From: a virus
Taxonomy: Duplodnaviria; Caudoviricetes
IMG/VR virus record: IMGVR_UViG_3300035454_001303
Span: 18,187 to 82,186 of that record
Reading direction: 5' to 3' (one strand)
DNA: 64,000 nt
Made by a program: the position numbers and the translations under genes. Under the pieces are notes generated by a model. It did no database searches, was not told the origin of the DNA, and saw only the letters and a program-made list of their open reading frames with translations. This document shows, one piece after another, positions 56,501 through 63,927 of the stretch. Numbering within the stretch: position 1 is the stretch's first letter; each line of letters opens with the position of its first letter.

Positions 56501-56904
56501 ACACACTTGATCTTCAGACCAGCCTCGAAAGAGCTATCCAAGTCAAGAAGGAAGAGAAAGAGAGGTCTGCACAGGAAGCGCTGAAAGCAGATCCGAGATT
56601 CAAGGATGTCCCCCAGGAAGCCAGAGAGGCTTTTGCGAAGTTGGGGATCACAGTTAAAACGAACATGACAGGAATGGCGTTACCGGGTTTCAAGGGGCGG
56701 CGGGGGGCCGTCTTGGAGCCTTTTGCACGTTGGTTTTTCCAGGACAGAAACGGTAAGAGCGGTGTTCTTTATAGAACGAAAGACATTTTGAAAGCGCGGT
56801 ATGGGGCTCAGTTCTTTTCGGATGCGGGGGAAGCATTTGAAGGGGCATGGTGGCACGTGCCTTCGAGCACAGACTTGAAGGCAATCTACGAGTTAATCGC
56901 TTAG
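50533..56904 (+). CDS. darB: DarB-like methyltransferase plus SNF2 helicase
   Basis: VLDPCTGAGVF, VVGNVPFG; NVGLGKT, DECHEFKN, SATPVTNS, QQRNGRGVRQGN. Confidence 0.92.
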   Translation: MILERAVPDWKSKVQAASNFFDIATVIKTLFDLQTIPGQEPPKDPNDYKDEGSDYGLKVKGIKARERINAQAREVITRVQDPGDLTDKDREVLKQYSGRGGLTENSQFEYYTPTHVAEGLWDGIMANGFQNGNVLDPCTGAGVFSATKPKGAIITGADIDPVGSKVSQLLNPGDLIKNQSFEKTVMETPDDSFDAVVGNVPFGNARGASAHEDQDYKDEKRIERYFILRALDKVKPGGLCCFVVPINIVGAKGGQWEKFRIAVSKKAEFLGAHKLPSKTFSTQGTDTVVDIVVFRKHPREFLDKADTIPFNTLKAAKVVWDEFISGQYWIGEGRPFIMGKWVPKIEGDRWSREVVDGDIDNASLKARLAQRFDSRIDWDLLETAEPIIRNYAEGDRKIINGVEYEMKSGQWSRVIKIEDTSLPIDKERYGAGTLDELKAALSSSKGALVLSAKQVFAVFKAFPEFLSPLQKASIEFAMSQPKEEYQEQIFRGSIIGGMIARYQNAMNDGTTEDVDRLELQELVAKEIDTYGHPKNNKGLLITGESSKMFGLFRNAVDEKGKFSDLLSGTIDGSGGSLEYDSTNLQAIVEHLFVREGIQEIELEDVQKLYTGKREIKSLSDLADDDALAITPDGLIVPMGRYTVGDIYPKVQAMNDALAVETDEKLKDKYMRQIDEIMRRRKTTKPEDISFDMRQKWYSKKYVVDFLRENGYPRLSYGVLEEAVREDPYSGKQFTTSVLKEDYENPFGRFYGIDDSKGGFPKQFLKYLNGENVTSSGEDAQERIKEYKDRCRVLEEQFNVWMQQHTEINEITEQYNRKFNGFTAFDYEDADLKLKDVSPQVRLHGYQNAAVRRLSEEGRGILAHNVGLGKTYSALGLYAYNRKLGRSKKTCITVPKSVLGNWYHESKKFLGTHDNVLFVGFEPKVGKDGQIEQEVVKDEKGSPKLNKYTGQFEYQDVLVERNSKEDVWEAMWKIPQANFSLVVMTKEKFGMIPMRPDSKRSYADKMVQRSLISEKMHAAAIAENAQPAENEKGRQAGKVSYDEDVAKTRLEQQFSDEGTAKKDELPYFEDMGFTDVIIDECHEFKNNMLGGEHYQDVAYLPTAPPAKRALDMTMKMAYLRDSNNGRGAYMLSATPVTNSPFEIFNMLSYVCPLEEFERYGIYTPDDFIRTFGNITSVDKMMVDGSIKSKDGLTGFKMLDGLRTMFHKYVNMKSAEDFPDQIKLPPHEEVNLDIELTEEQKRAYESLRERAKEAAKPPQKGEKKESMFSVIRDMDRVTTDMDLYNKTMTFIFRGSDKENVDALVKSLPKTIKVKRVLDDEEMEALGLDPEMNKGRAQEITIKLEISSRMENGNYVAIFPKEYENMVVDRIPQNNIAIENVSHPLMPKYARLIENLRSDLEADGKQIIFTEEKSQHQKILRLVVHHIPTIAKLIGIINAEEAKGEELQKISDEYNSGNLKFVICNKKAEVGVNLQKGTTAIHHLTLPWTPASIQQRNGRGVRQGNTAPMIHVYYYCGKGSFDAYRLEILKAKSNWMSDLFNGTEATAENANALSQDEMMDMLEADPEAAKKRRLERLAARQAEEAEKERRRLANQLQMLSQASADLAGLDAEKEAERERLQKRIPELEAEIKRLQERGLATEGDERARLGSQIIDKQQTLKNFNAKLGSLDQTFEDKRVRLTSVVKQTSGLLKQKAKKGQLPFNESLIEKPENACVTLSGKVVAVDDCYEYKDDYEQGIIKVVAVDPVRRSFKYEDITGRIGTRDLERAPDNWGWYLASSLSRMEEKGLKKVSYSEKELNLKRALSEEHDYESLVDGKLDKETFLDHRNDIRWSVYSQYVVRGQDGKIAVVSGSDFRNSEKGLSAAIIYPEKGNEDFRKGVCEAYLAARRDGDTYSMRNIMESLFGKNYDEVALGYGKKATDSEVLEVCAKAWADYTKDQQYGYASMDELVNDLADGKTRLGYILKEVANLAGSRTQDLGDNISEIGNIVHQYTLDLQTSLERAIQVKKEEKERSAQEALKADPRFKDVPQEAREAFAKLGITVKTNMTGMALPGFKGRRGAVLEPFARWFFQDRNGKSGVLYRTKDILKARYGAQFFSDAGEAFEGAWWHVPSSTDLKAIYELIA

Positions 56905-56920
56905 AAGGAGGATAACAAAA

Positions 56921-57616
56921 ATGCTCAGAAAAACGGTAAAATTTGAAAACTACAGCGCGTCCGGATTGCATTACATCGGCTATGGGATGAATTTCAATGT
57001 TCCGGGCGGAAGTATCGGAGATGAGGGGTTGTCCGTGAATCTCCCCCTGGACAACGCGGCAACTATCAAGGCGGCTGTGCTTGCGAAACGTCCGGCCATG
57101 AAAATGACCGATGGCGAAACCTTTGAGGACGGCATATATCCCGACTATATGCCCTTCCAGAAGGACAACTATGCCGGGGCTGCTGCACCGGATGCCGACA
57201 ATGACGAAACGGAAGGCTATTCCGTTGGCTCTGTGTGGATCGACACAACGTCAACGCCTCATGAGATTTACCGCTGTGTCGATGCAGCCGAGGGTGCTGC
57301 GGTATGGCTGAACACCTCACTGGAACAGAGTGAGCTGGGAACTATGGCCCTTCAGAACGCCAACAATGTCACCACGGACATTAACCTTGCGTCATCGAAG
57401 GTTTTGAAGGTAAATGGCGTGCAGGTCGTCGGTGCTCCGGGCCTTGCCGTGACTGATGCGAGCGTGGTGACTGGAACGGCCACGAATGGAGGCTATGGAT
57501 TCGTGTCAGCCGAGGAAATGAATAGCTTCATCAGCGGCGTCAATGGTATGAAGGATGCCGTGAATGCGGTTATTTCCAGACTGGAAGGGCACGGGCTCGT
57601 CGCTGCCGGCGCGTAA
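56921..57616 (+). CDS. Putative head-fibre/decoration protein
   Basis: Fibre-type motifs AP...DETEGYSVGSVW, LGTMALQNANNV, LKVNGVQVVG, C-terminal ..RLEGHGL. Confidence 0.45.
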   Translation: MLRKTVKFENYSASGLHYIGYGMNFNVPGGSIGDEGLSVNLPLDNAATIKAAVLAKRPAMKMTDGETFEDGIYPDYMPFQKDNYAGAAAPDADNDETEGYSVGSVWIDTTSTPHEIYRCVDAAEGAAVWLNTSLEQSELGTMALQNANNVTTDINLASSKVLKVNGVQVVGAPGLAVTDASVVTGTATNGGYGFVSAEEMNSFISGVNGMKDAVNAVISRLEGHGLVAAGA

Positions 57617-57641
57617 GCCAAAATCCATGAAGTTTGATTTC

Positions 57642-57676
57642 GGTGGCCGTCGTCAAAAGGCGGCGGCCATCTTTTT
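57642..57676 (+). terminator. Rho-independent terminator
   Basis: GGTGGCCGTCGTC-AAAA-GGCGGCGGCCATC then TTTTT. Confidence 0.75.
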
Positions 57677-57706
57677 AAAGTACCTTTTGACCCACAAGGA
57701 GAAATC

Positions 57707-58120
57707 ATGGATATATATAAGCCATCGGAAGATGATCTGCAGATTCTATTACAGGAAGCGACGGCAAGCCAGCCGGTTGACCAATGGATCGAGAAGTTTC
57801 TTGCAAACCTGAAGGCCATTCTCTTGAAGAATCCGCTCCGGTACCGGGCTTATGGTCCGTATTGGTGGTCCCTGAAGAAATTGTTTGTCGACCGGGATGA
57901 CTTGGCCTTCGGTGACTTCGTTGACCAAGAATGGTTTACGGCCATGGACTATGGCAAGCCGGAACTCAATATCCTTGCTGGCTTTTCCTATGAAGAAATG
58001 AGAACAACGAAGAATCTCATTGATGACCCGTTTCACGTCATGGAGACCGCTGACGGAGATGACGCCGTTGAATTTGCCTCCAACGATCCAGAGATGGAAA
58101 TGATGGCCATTCTTCCCTGA
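57707..58120 (+). CDS. ulx: Ulx-like protein (aids DarB packaging in P1)
   Basis: LLKNPLRYRAYGPYWWSLKKL...FG. Confidence 0.8.
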   Translation: MDIYKPSEDDLQILLQEATASQPVDQWIEKFLANLKAILLKNPLRYRAYGPYWWSLKKLFVDRDDLAFGDFVDQEWFTAMDYGKPELNILAGFSYEEMRTTKNLIDDPFHVMETADGDDAVEFASNDPEMEMMAILP

Positions 58121-58149
58121 TAGTCGCTTCAGTTTTCAAGAAATAAATG

Positions 58150-58171
58150 GGGCCGGGCATCCGGCCCTTTT
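58150..58171 (+). terminator. Rho-independent terminator
   Basis: GGGCCGG-GCAT-CCGGCCC-TTTT. Confidence 0.7.
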
Positions 58172-58177
58172 GCTAAG

Positions 58178-58217
58178 TCAGAAACCTGCGTTTTTCTGCC
58201 ATAATCCTGCGTTTTTC
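58178..58217 (+). repeat. 40-bp late regulatory element, copy 2 (upstream of the portal gene)
   Basis: Identical to 22497-22536. Confidence 0.85.
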
Positions 58218-58258
58218 TATGATTTACATTTCCTTGCCCATCTCTTTTAATCCTATCT

Positions 58259-59932
58259 ATGGAAGAGAAAAAACCATCTTTTTGGCAGAGGCTATTTCCC
58301 GGCTTTTTGGGCAAGAATCAGGGGGCGAATGCAAACGTCTCCATCCCCCCAATTGCGAACTATGAAGACTTCGTAGCCGATGCTCTCATGAATGGCGCCC
58401 CCCAGGGGGAGGCGAACGGAGAAGACTCTTATCAACTCACAGAACTTCCCAGCAGCCGCTTGTTAAAGTATAAGATTTTCCGGGTAATGGCCGATGATCC
58501 GACCATTGACTCTGCCCTGAAGATGCACATCTCCCATGCCCTCTCTGCGAAGTCAGATACGGGCGAAATCGTATCCATCGAATCCACGTCGGACAAAGAC
58601 GACCCAATCACCATTGATCTCCGCAACACCTTCAAGGAGATCGTCAACAAGAATATTCAGTTTTGGGCCTATAACGCGGCTTTGAATGGGATCTGGTTCG
58701 CCCGCGTATACGGGACGCCTCGTAAAGGCGTGGAACTGGTAAGGTCTGATTACTATACACACCCTCAATTCGTCAGAATTTATGAGCAAGCTGGCCAGGT
58801 GGCCGGTTATACAGCCGCACATCAGAATCCGTTGCAAAACACAGGGTACATCTCATTGATGGAACCTTGGAAATTTGTTGCGTTCAGGATTCCTATATGG
58901 AAGGCGGAAAGCGAGATCGAGCCCCCACGTCTTGATGGGTCAATTTTTGATATTTCCAATGATGACTTCCGTGCGGAAAGCATTATTGAAAGCCAGAATT
59001 ATGGAACATCGCTGATCGAGACTGCCTTTGCTCCCTGGATGGACCTGCAGGAAGCTATCTTGTCTCTCAATATGTCTCGCAAAAACGCCGCCCGCCTGGA
59101 ACGGCTGATCGGTGTCAATACCGGAAGGCTATCCCCGCAACGCGCCTCTCAATACCTCAATACCGTTTCCAATCAGATTTTGAAGGTGAACCAGGCGAAT
59201 GCAAAGCAATCCCTGCGGCGGGGGTATGTACAAACGGTCATAAACCATCTCATCCCCATCTTTGGAGATGGGAAAGGGCGCCTTGATATCGCATCAATGG
59301 AGGGGAATCCGAATCTTGACGGTCTGGCAGATGTTGATTTTCACGTGAAGCGCCTCGGCTCTGCGCTGGGAGTTGACCCGGCCCTTTTAGGCTTCGGGGA
59401 AATGCTCTCTGGCGGTCTTGGGGACGGCGGTTTCTTCCGGATCTCAGTCCTTGCCGCTATCAAAGCAAATATGCTCAGGCTGGCCGTTCTTTCCGGCCTG
59501 GAAAATCTCTTCGACATTCACGTGGCATACAAATACGGGAAGGTATTCCTTCCGGGAGAAAAGCCGTGGCGCGTCGTCTTTAATTCAGTTTCTTCGGCCC
59601 TTGAACGCGAGGAACGCGAGAACCTGGAAGGCCGCGTGACCTTTGCCACAATGATGGGGCAATTGATTCAGATCATTGATGCCGAGTTCACGGCAGTGGA
59701 CCGGAATGCTCTGGCCAATTACATGTTCACGGATATCATGCGGATAGATGAAGAGAAGTTTCGGAAGATGTTCCCAGGGAAAATTACCGGACCGGCAGCG
59801 GAACAACAAACCGGTCCTGACGGTGAGCCAATTGCCACATCGGACGATGAAGGGCTATTAACCGAATCGGCCATGAAACGCATGAAAGGCGCTATTGATC
59901 GATACGTCGAAGGGCTCTACGCCCGAAAGTAA
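58259..59932 (+). CDS. prt: Portal protein, P1 Prt-like
   Basis: MADDPTIDSALKMHISHAL, YGTSLIETAF.PW, LGSALGVDPALLGF..MLSGGLGDGGF. Confidence 0.88.
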   Translation: MEEKKPSFWQRLFPGFLGKNQGANANVSIPPIANYEDFVADALMNGAPQGEANGEDSYQLTELPSSRLLKYKIFRVMADDPTIDSALKMHISHALSAKSDTGEIVSIESTSDKDDPITIDLRNTFKEIVNKNIQFWAYNAALNGIWFARVYGTPRKGVELVRSDYYTHPQFVRIYEQAGQVAGYTAAHQNPLQNTGYISLMEPWKFVAFRIPIWKAESEIEPPRLDGSIFDISNDDFRAESIIESQNYGTSLIETAFAPWMDLQEAILSLNMSRKNAARLERLIGVNTGRLSPQRASQYLNTVSNQILKVNQANAKQSLRRGYVQTVINHLIPIFGDGKGRLDIASMEGNPNLDGLADVDFHVKRLGSALGVDPALLGFGEMLSGGLGDGGFFRISVLAAIKANMLRLAVLSGLENLFDIHVAYKYGKVFLPGEKPWRVVFNSVSSALEREERENLEGRVTFATMMGQLIQIIDAEFTAVDRNALANYMFTDIMRIDEEKFRKMFPGKITGPAAEQQTGPDGEPIATSDDEGLLTESAMKRMKGAIDRYVEGLYARK

Positions 59933-59944
59933 AGGAGGTTTATC

Positions 59945-60967
59945 ATGGGTGAGATCATAAAGTGCAACTTCAATTTGTTCAACGAGGGGCGCAAATACAC
60001 CGGCCATCACCGGAGTTACATACTCGAAAGCGCGATCAATGTCTGTTATGCGCCCGAAACGCGCGAGGGAATCCGCCTACGTGAAAAACTCGGATACCTT
60101 GGGCATGGCCGGCGCGAAATCGCCCGCAAGCTACAATTGGCCGAGATTGAACCGGTCAGACTTCCCGATGGGTCAACCATCATCGTGGAAAATATCCCTT
60201 CCAACATCACAGTCTTTTTCGAGGTGAACAAGGACGGGAACGTTGAGCACCATCAAGAACTTCTCGACACGGCGCCCGGGAAGGTGGTTGCCGGCTTGAA
60301 CACTTCCAAAGTCGGCGGCTTTTCATGGGCCTGCGGAGGTGTCGATGGAGGTGCCATTGGCGCGACAAAGCTCACGAACTTCCACGGCTTCGATTATGTC
60401 ATGAATCCGGGCTTTGCTGAGAATCGCGGCTATATCCTCGAGAGCGCAGATGGAAAAGCGAGAGAAATGATTCTCGAAAGCATCTGTAAGGCGGGCGTAG
60501 CGGATGCCGACGCAGAGAGATACCTGCAATCCTGGGTGGCGTCTGCCCAATTACGCGCCCTGGAACTCGAAGAACAGCTTGAACAGGCCGCCATCTACGA
60601 AGATTCGATCCGGGAGGCGATTGAGGGAAAGGACGCGGAGATTCTGTCTATGAAAAAGACTATAGACGATGAGATCGCCGCAAAAGAGGCCCGGAAGAAG
60701 CTCATACTGGAATGTGCTGGCAAGTCGGTTATTGTCGTTCCGGAAAAGGTTCTTGACGCCATGCTGAGCATGTCCGGCGAGGCAGACTTTTTCGAGATCA
60801 TCGGGTTTTTTGAATCGGCTTCCCGCGTCAATCTGAGCACGCTTCCGTTGCCCGGGCAGGATGGAAACGGGACGAAGCTGGCGCCCCAGTATCAGCCCTC
60901 GGAGGTTGAATACGGGAAGGCCATTGCCGGGTATGACTTCGCCGGCAATACGCTGATCGGTTCATGA
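59945..60967 (+). CDS. pro: Prohead processing protease, P1 Pro-like
   Basis: LGYLGHGRR, P.N.T...EV..DG.V.H.QE.LDT.PG, GGFSWA.GG, GFDYV.NP; follows the portal gene. Confidence 0.88.
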   Translation: MGEIIKCNFNLFNEGRKYTGHHRSYILESAINVCYAPETREGIRLREKLGYLGHGRREIARKLQLAEIEPVRLPDGSTIIVENIPSNITVFFEVNKDGNVEHHQELLDTAPGKVVAGLNTSKVGGFSWACGGVDGGAIGATKLTNFHGFDYVMNPGFAENRGYILESADGKAREMILESICKAGVADADAERYLQSWVASAQLRALELEEQLEQAAIYEDSIREAIEGKDAEILSMKKTIDDEIAAKEARKKLILECAGKSVIVVPEKVLDAMLSMSGEADFFEIIGFFESASRVNLSTLPLPGQDGNGTKLAPQYQPSEVEYGKAIAGYDFAGNTLIGS

Positions 60968-61416
60968 GGTGCGCTATGAAATTTCGATTCCCGGCCATCA
61001 TTTTCTATACCGACAAGCTGCCCGAGAAGACGGGCGGGTGCGCGAATGCCTTCATCATCAGGATCCGCCAAAAATACCGATCCGACGAAGGCATCCATCA
61101 GCATGAACTTTTCCATGTTCGGAATTGGTTCATAAACACCATAGCATCACTGATCGTGATAGCTTCCCTATCGTTCTTCTTTGTCCCGCAGCCTTGGACA
61201 TGGGCCGCGTTTCCCTTTTGCCTCTTCATTGATTCGATCCTCTATCTGATCCCTCGATTCAGGCAATGGGAGGAAATCGCCGCCTACAAGGTGCAGCTCC
61301 AATATCCACCGGCATCAAATAATAGGAGCGAATATGCCGAGCTTTATGCTGGGTTTGTTTCTGAGAATTACGGGCTGAGCATTTCACGCGAGGATGCCCT
61401 TGAAAAGCTTAAATAA
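60964..61416 (+). CDS. Membrane protein with HExxH motif
   Basis: HQHELFHV, two TM helices, EEIAAY. Confidence 0.55.
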   Translation: MRCAMKFRFPAIIFYTDKLPEKTGGCANAFIIRIRQKYRSDEGIHQHELFHVRNWFINTIASLIVIASLSFFFVPQPWTWAAFPFCLFIDSILYLIPRFRQWEEIAAYKVQLQYPPASNNRSEYAELYAGFVSENYGLSISREDALEKLK

Positions 61417-61440
61417 ATAAACCGGAGGGACATAACGACA

Positions 61441-61839
61441 ATGAAGAAGAGGCATATATCCACGTTGTTGGTGACAATGGCAATTTTATTTCTGTTTGTG
61501 GTCTGCTCTCTTGCATATGCCGCAGCGACTGACAACAGCACCCAGGACTCTTCCACAGCGCTCATCATAGCAATTGGCCTCTTTTTCAATGGCGCGGCAA
61601 ATATCGGGAGCATAGTTTTCTTCGTGAAGAGATATGTTTCCAAGGTGGACAAGACAGATGAAACCTTGCCAGTTCTTGTCGCAACCCTGGAGTCCACGAA
61701 GAAGGCGATGGACCAACATGCGCGGAGCATCGAAGAACTCTACAATACCAAGAATAGTCATGAAATCAAACTCACGAAGATCGAGACTATTCACAAAATG
61801 AGAGGATGCGATAAAGGCATCGAAGCCCAGGCGGGATGA
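61441..61839 (+). CDS. Holin/antiholin-like membrane protein with coiled coil
   Basis: Two hydrophobic segments then a coiled coil; first gene of the lysis cassette. Confidence 0.45.
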   Translation: MKKRHISTLLVTMAILFLFVVCSLAYAAATDNSTQDSSTALIIAIGLFFNGAANIGSIVFFVKRYVSKVDKTDETLPVLVATLESTKKAMDQHARSIEELYNTKNSHEIKLTKIETIHKMRGCDKGIEAQAG

Positions 61840-61845
61840 TAAGGA

Positions 61846-62184
61846 GTGACCATGACAACGCGACTGAAGACACTGTTTTGGATCTGCGGCATTCTTGCCC
61901 TAATCCTGGCCTTTACGCGATTCGGGTCCTACAAGGACGATGCGGCAACCGCCATTATTGCCCAGGAAAAGGCACGGATTGAGGCCAAATATCAGGCCGA
62001 CATGAAAGATCTAAAAGACCAGATGGCGGCGAAGAGCGCGGAGCTGGCCCAGTCGGAAAAGCGGGCCGCTTCTTATCGGGACAAACTATCCGTCGCTGAG
62101 GCGAAATTGCGAACCATTCTGAAACCCGCCACGGCGTTGGAGGCAAAGCAACGATTGAGGGAGCTTGGATATGAGGTACGGTAA
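61846..62184 (+). CDS. i-spanin-like protein
   Basis: Single N-terminal TM followed by a long periplasmic coiled coil. Confidence 0.55.
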   Translation: MTMTTRLKTLFWICGILALILAFTRFGSYKDDAATAIIAQEKARIEAKYQADMKDLKDQMAAKSAELAQSEKRAASYRDKLSVAEAKLRTILKPATALEAKQRLRELGYEVR

Positions 62185-62572
62185 AGCCATCCTTGCGATC
62201 ATCGGAATTCTTCTGTGCATCCTTGCCCCAACCATCCTTAGAGCCGAGGACGTGTGTGTTTCCGAGGAATCGGCGAAGCGGATCGTCGTGGAGCTGGAAA
62301 AGGGAAAGGTCAACGAAGAACAGTTGGCGACCTTGAAGGGGTATAACCAAGAGCTGGAAAAGCAGATTGCTCTTCTGAAGGACGTTGTGAAGCTCAAGGA
62401 CGAACAGATCAAGAAGAATGAAGAGATGATCGCCCAGCAAAAACAGCTCATGGAGTACCAGGTGCAGGCGTGTGAAGAGAAGGTGAAAAACGCCAAGCCT
62501 TCATTCTTCGATGGCCTGCTTAAAGTCGTCGGAGGCGTAGCAATCGGGATTATTGTCGGTGTGCTCCTTTAG
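62171..62572 (+). CDS. Spanin-like protein with N-terminal signal and C-terminal TM
   Basis: Overlaps the previous gene; coiled coil; C-terminal GLLKVVGGVAIGIIVGVLL. Confidence 0.45.
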   Translation: MRYGKAILAIIGILLCILAPTILRAEDVCVSEESAKRIVVELEKGKVNEEQLATLKGYNQELEKQIALLKDVVKLKDEQIKKNEEMIAQQKQLMEYQVQACEEKVKNAKPSFFDGLLKVVGGVAIGIIVGVLL

Positions 62573-62709
62573 GATCATCTATGTCTTCCCGTTTTGCGAT
62601 GTCATTGGAAACGAATGCAAGAGGGGGACGCGCAAGGAATGCCCGCAGGACCCGGGTGCCGCTTGCCCCTTTGCCATAGAAGAAAAAGATTGCGAGAAGG
62701 AGGTTTGTC

Positions 62710-63006
62710 ATGAAGGAAATGCTATTGAAAGAATTTAAGCGGGCTTGGCCGTTTCTGCTTTTGGCTGGCCTTATGCTGGCGCCGGATCCCGGAGCGCTTT
62801 CGGTCGTCGGGTATGCAATCGGGATTGTGGCCGTTGCAATCATTCTTTCCCATCTTGCCCGGAAGGTCCTCTTCCCGTACCTGGATTTGGCGGACCTGAT
62901 CAAAGAGATCGGATCTGAGAACAATGTCGCGGCGGCGATTGTTGTCGCTTCTATGGTGATACTCATGGGCATTGTGCTCAATGGTATCATCACGCTGTTA
63001 CGATGA
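62710..63006 (+). CDS. Putative holin (3 TM)
   Basis: Hydrophobic 98 aa, AGGAGG SD, coupled to the endolysin gene. Confidence 0.65.
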   Translation: MKEMLLKEFKRAWPFLLLAGLMLAPDPGALSVVGYAIGIVAVAIILSHLARKVLFPYLDLADLIKEIGSENNVAAAIVVASMVILMGIVLNGIITLLR

Positions 63007-63671
63007 GACGCCTTTTCCTTCTCTTCCTCCTGTGGACCACGGCCATGTCCACGGCCATGGCCGGAACGGTTCCGGAAAGGGCGTCTCTCCATCTTCCCGC
63101 TCTAAAAGGCCAGATCGCTGAGGCGTGGCCTTCGGTTCCAATTCCTGCATCCCTGGCCGGCCAAGTTGAACAAGAGACATGCCCGTCGCTTACGCACAAA
63201 AAGTGCTGGAACCCACGGGCAGAACTGAAGACCAGCCGGGAATATGGCTTTGGGCTTGGGCAAATAACAGTCACCTCCAAGTTCAATAATTTCGAGGAAA
63301 TCAAGAAGCTCGATGCAAAACTGAAATCCTGGAAGTGGGAAGATCGCTACGATCCGGGCCGCCAGTTACGAGCCTTGGTTCTCATGGATCGAGTGGCCTT
63401 TGCGCGCCTCTCTTTTGCGCCCGATTATGAACGCATGGCTTTCACTTTTTCGGCCTACAATGGGGGGCTTGGTGGCGTGATGCAGGACCGTCGCCTTGCA
63501 GCGAGCAAGGGGGCAGATCCAAACAAATGGTTCGACAACGTCGAAAGCTACTCCTTCAAGTCAAAGACGAAGGCCCACGGATATGGGCAATCGTTCTTTG
63601 AAGTCAATCGCGAGTACGTTCGGAGCATTCTGAAGGTGAGAATGCAGAAGTACCAGCCCTTCTTTAAGTAA
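63003..63671 (+). CDS. Lytic transglycosylase (SLT) endolysin with N-terminal signal/SAR
   Basis: GQVEQET, GLGQIT, SAYNGGLG. Confidence 0.88.
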   Translation: MRRLFLLFLLWTTAMSTAMAGTVPERASLHLPALKGQIAEAWPSVPIPASLAGQVEQETCPSLTHKKCWNPRAELKTSREYGFGLGQITVTSKFNNFEEIKKLDAKLKSWKWEDRYDPGRQLRALVLMDRVAFARLSFAPDYERMAFTFSAYNGGLGGVMQDRRLAASKGADPNKWFDNVESYSFKSKTKAHGYGQSFFEVNREYVRSILKVRMQKYQPFFK

Positions 63672-63783
63672 TCCAGGCTTTAAACTCCCATAACATTCTG
63701 AAATTAAATTCCACACAATTGGACCATTGCGCCATGGGGCGAGGTGTGATAAATAACCAAAATCAAATGGGACACAAATGAAT

Positions 63784-63807
63784 GTAGGTATATTTTTAGG
63801 TGTAGGC
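63784..63807. promoter_or_regulatory. Candidate integrase arm-type sites
   Basis: TAGG repeats (GTAGGTAT-ATTT-TTAGGTGT-AGGC) 50-75 bp from the att core. Confidence 0.35.
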
Positions 63808-63859
63808 TGGAAATTGATAATTATTAATGAGCAATGATTGCAGCCAATTACGCTTATTT

Positions 63860-63882
63860 TTCAATCCCAGTACCGCCTACCA
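63860..63882 (+). other. att core: duplicated tRNA 3' end (tRNA-Val-like)
   Basis: TTCAATCCCAGTACCGCCTACCA = T-loop, T-stem 3' strand, acceptor strand, discriminator and CCA, with no 5' tRNA half upstream. Confidence 0.8.
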
Positions 63883-63891
63883 AGAATTATG

Positions 63892-63927
63892 AGGGGTTAC
63901 GGTTTGGACCGTTGCCCCTTTCTTTTT
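63892..63927 (+). terminator. Hairpin plus T-tract just after the att core
   Basis: AGGGG..ACGG / CCGT..CCCCT followed by TTCTTTTT. Confidence 0.55.

Larger units (their letters stand above)
1..63882. mobile_element. Temperate phage/prophage: P1-like virion module plus lambdoid-like early region; left end lies outside the window
   Basis: Continuous phage gene set (repressor switch, replication, terminase, capsid, contractile tail, portal, lysis) ending at a tRNA 3'-end att core at 63860-63882. No integrase in the window; it would be expected left of position 1. Confidence 0.93.

Noticed and set aside
63860-63882. Complete tRNA gene at the right end
   Set aside because: Only the 3' 23 nt are present; the upstream sequence cannot form D or anticodon arms.
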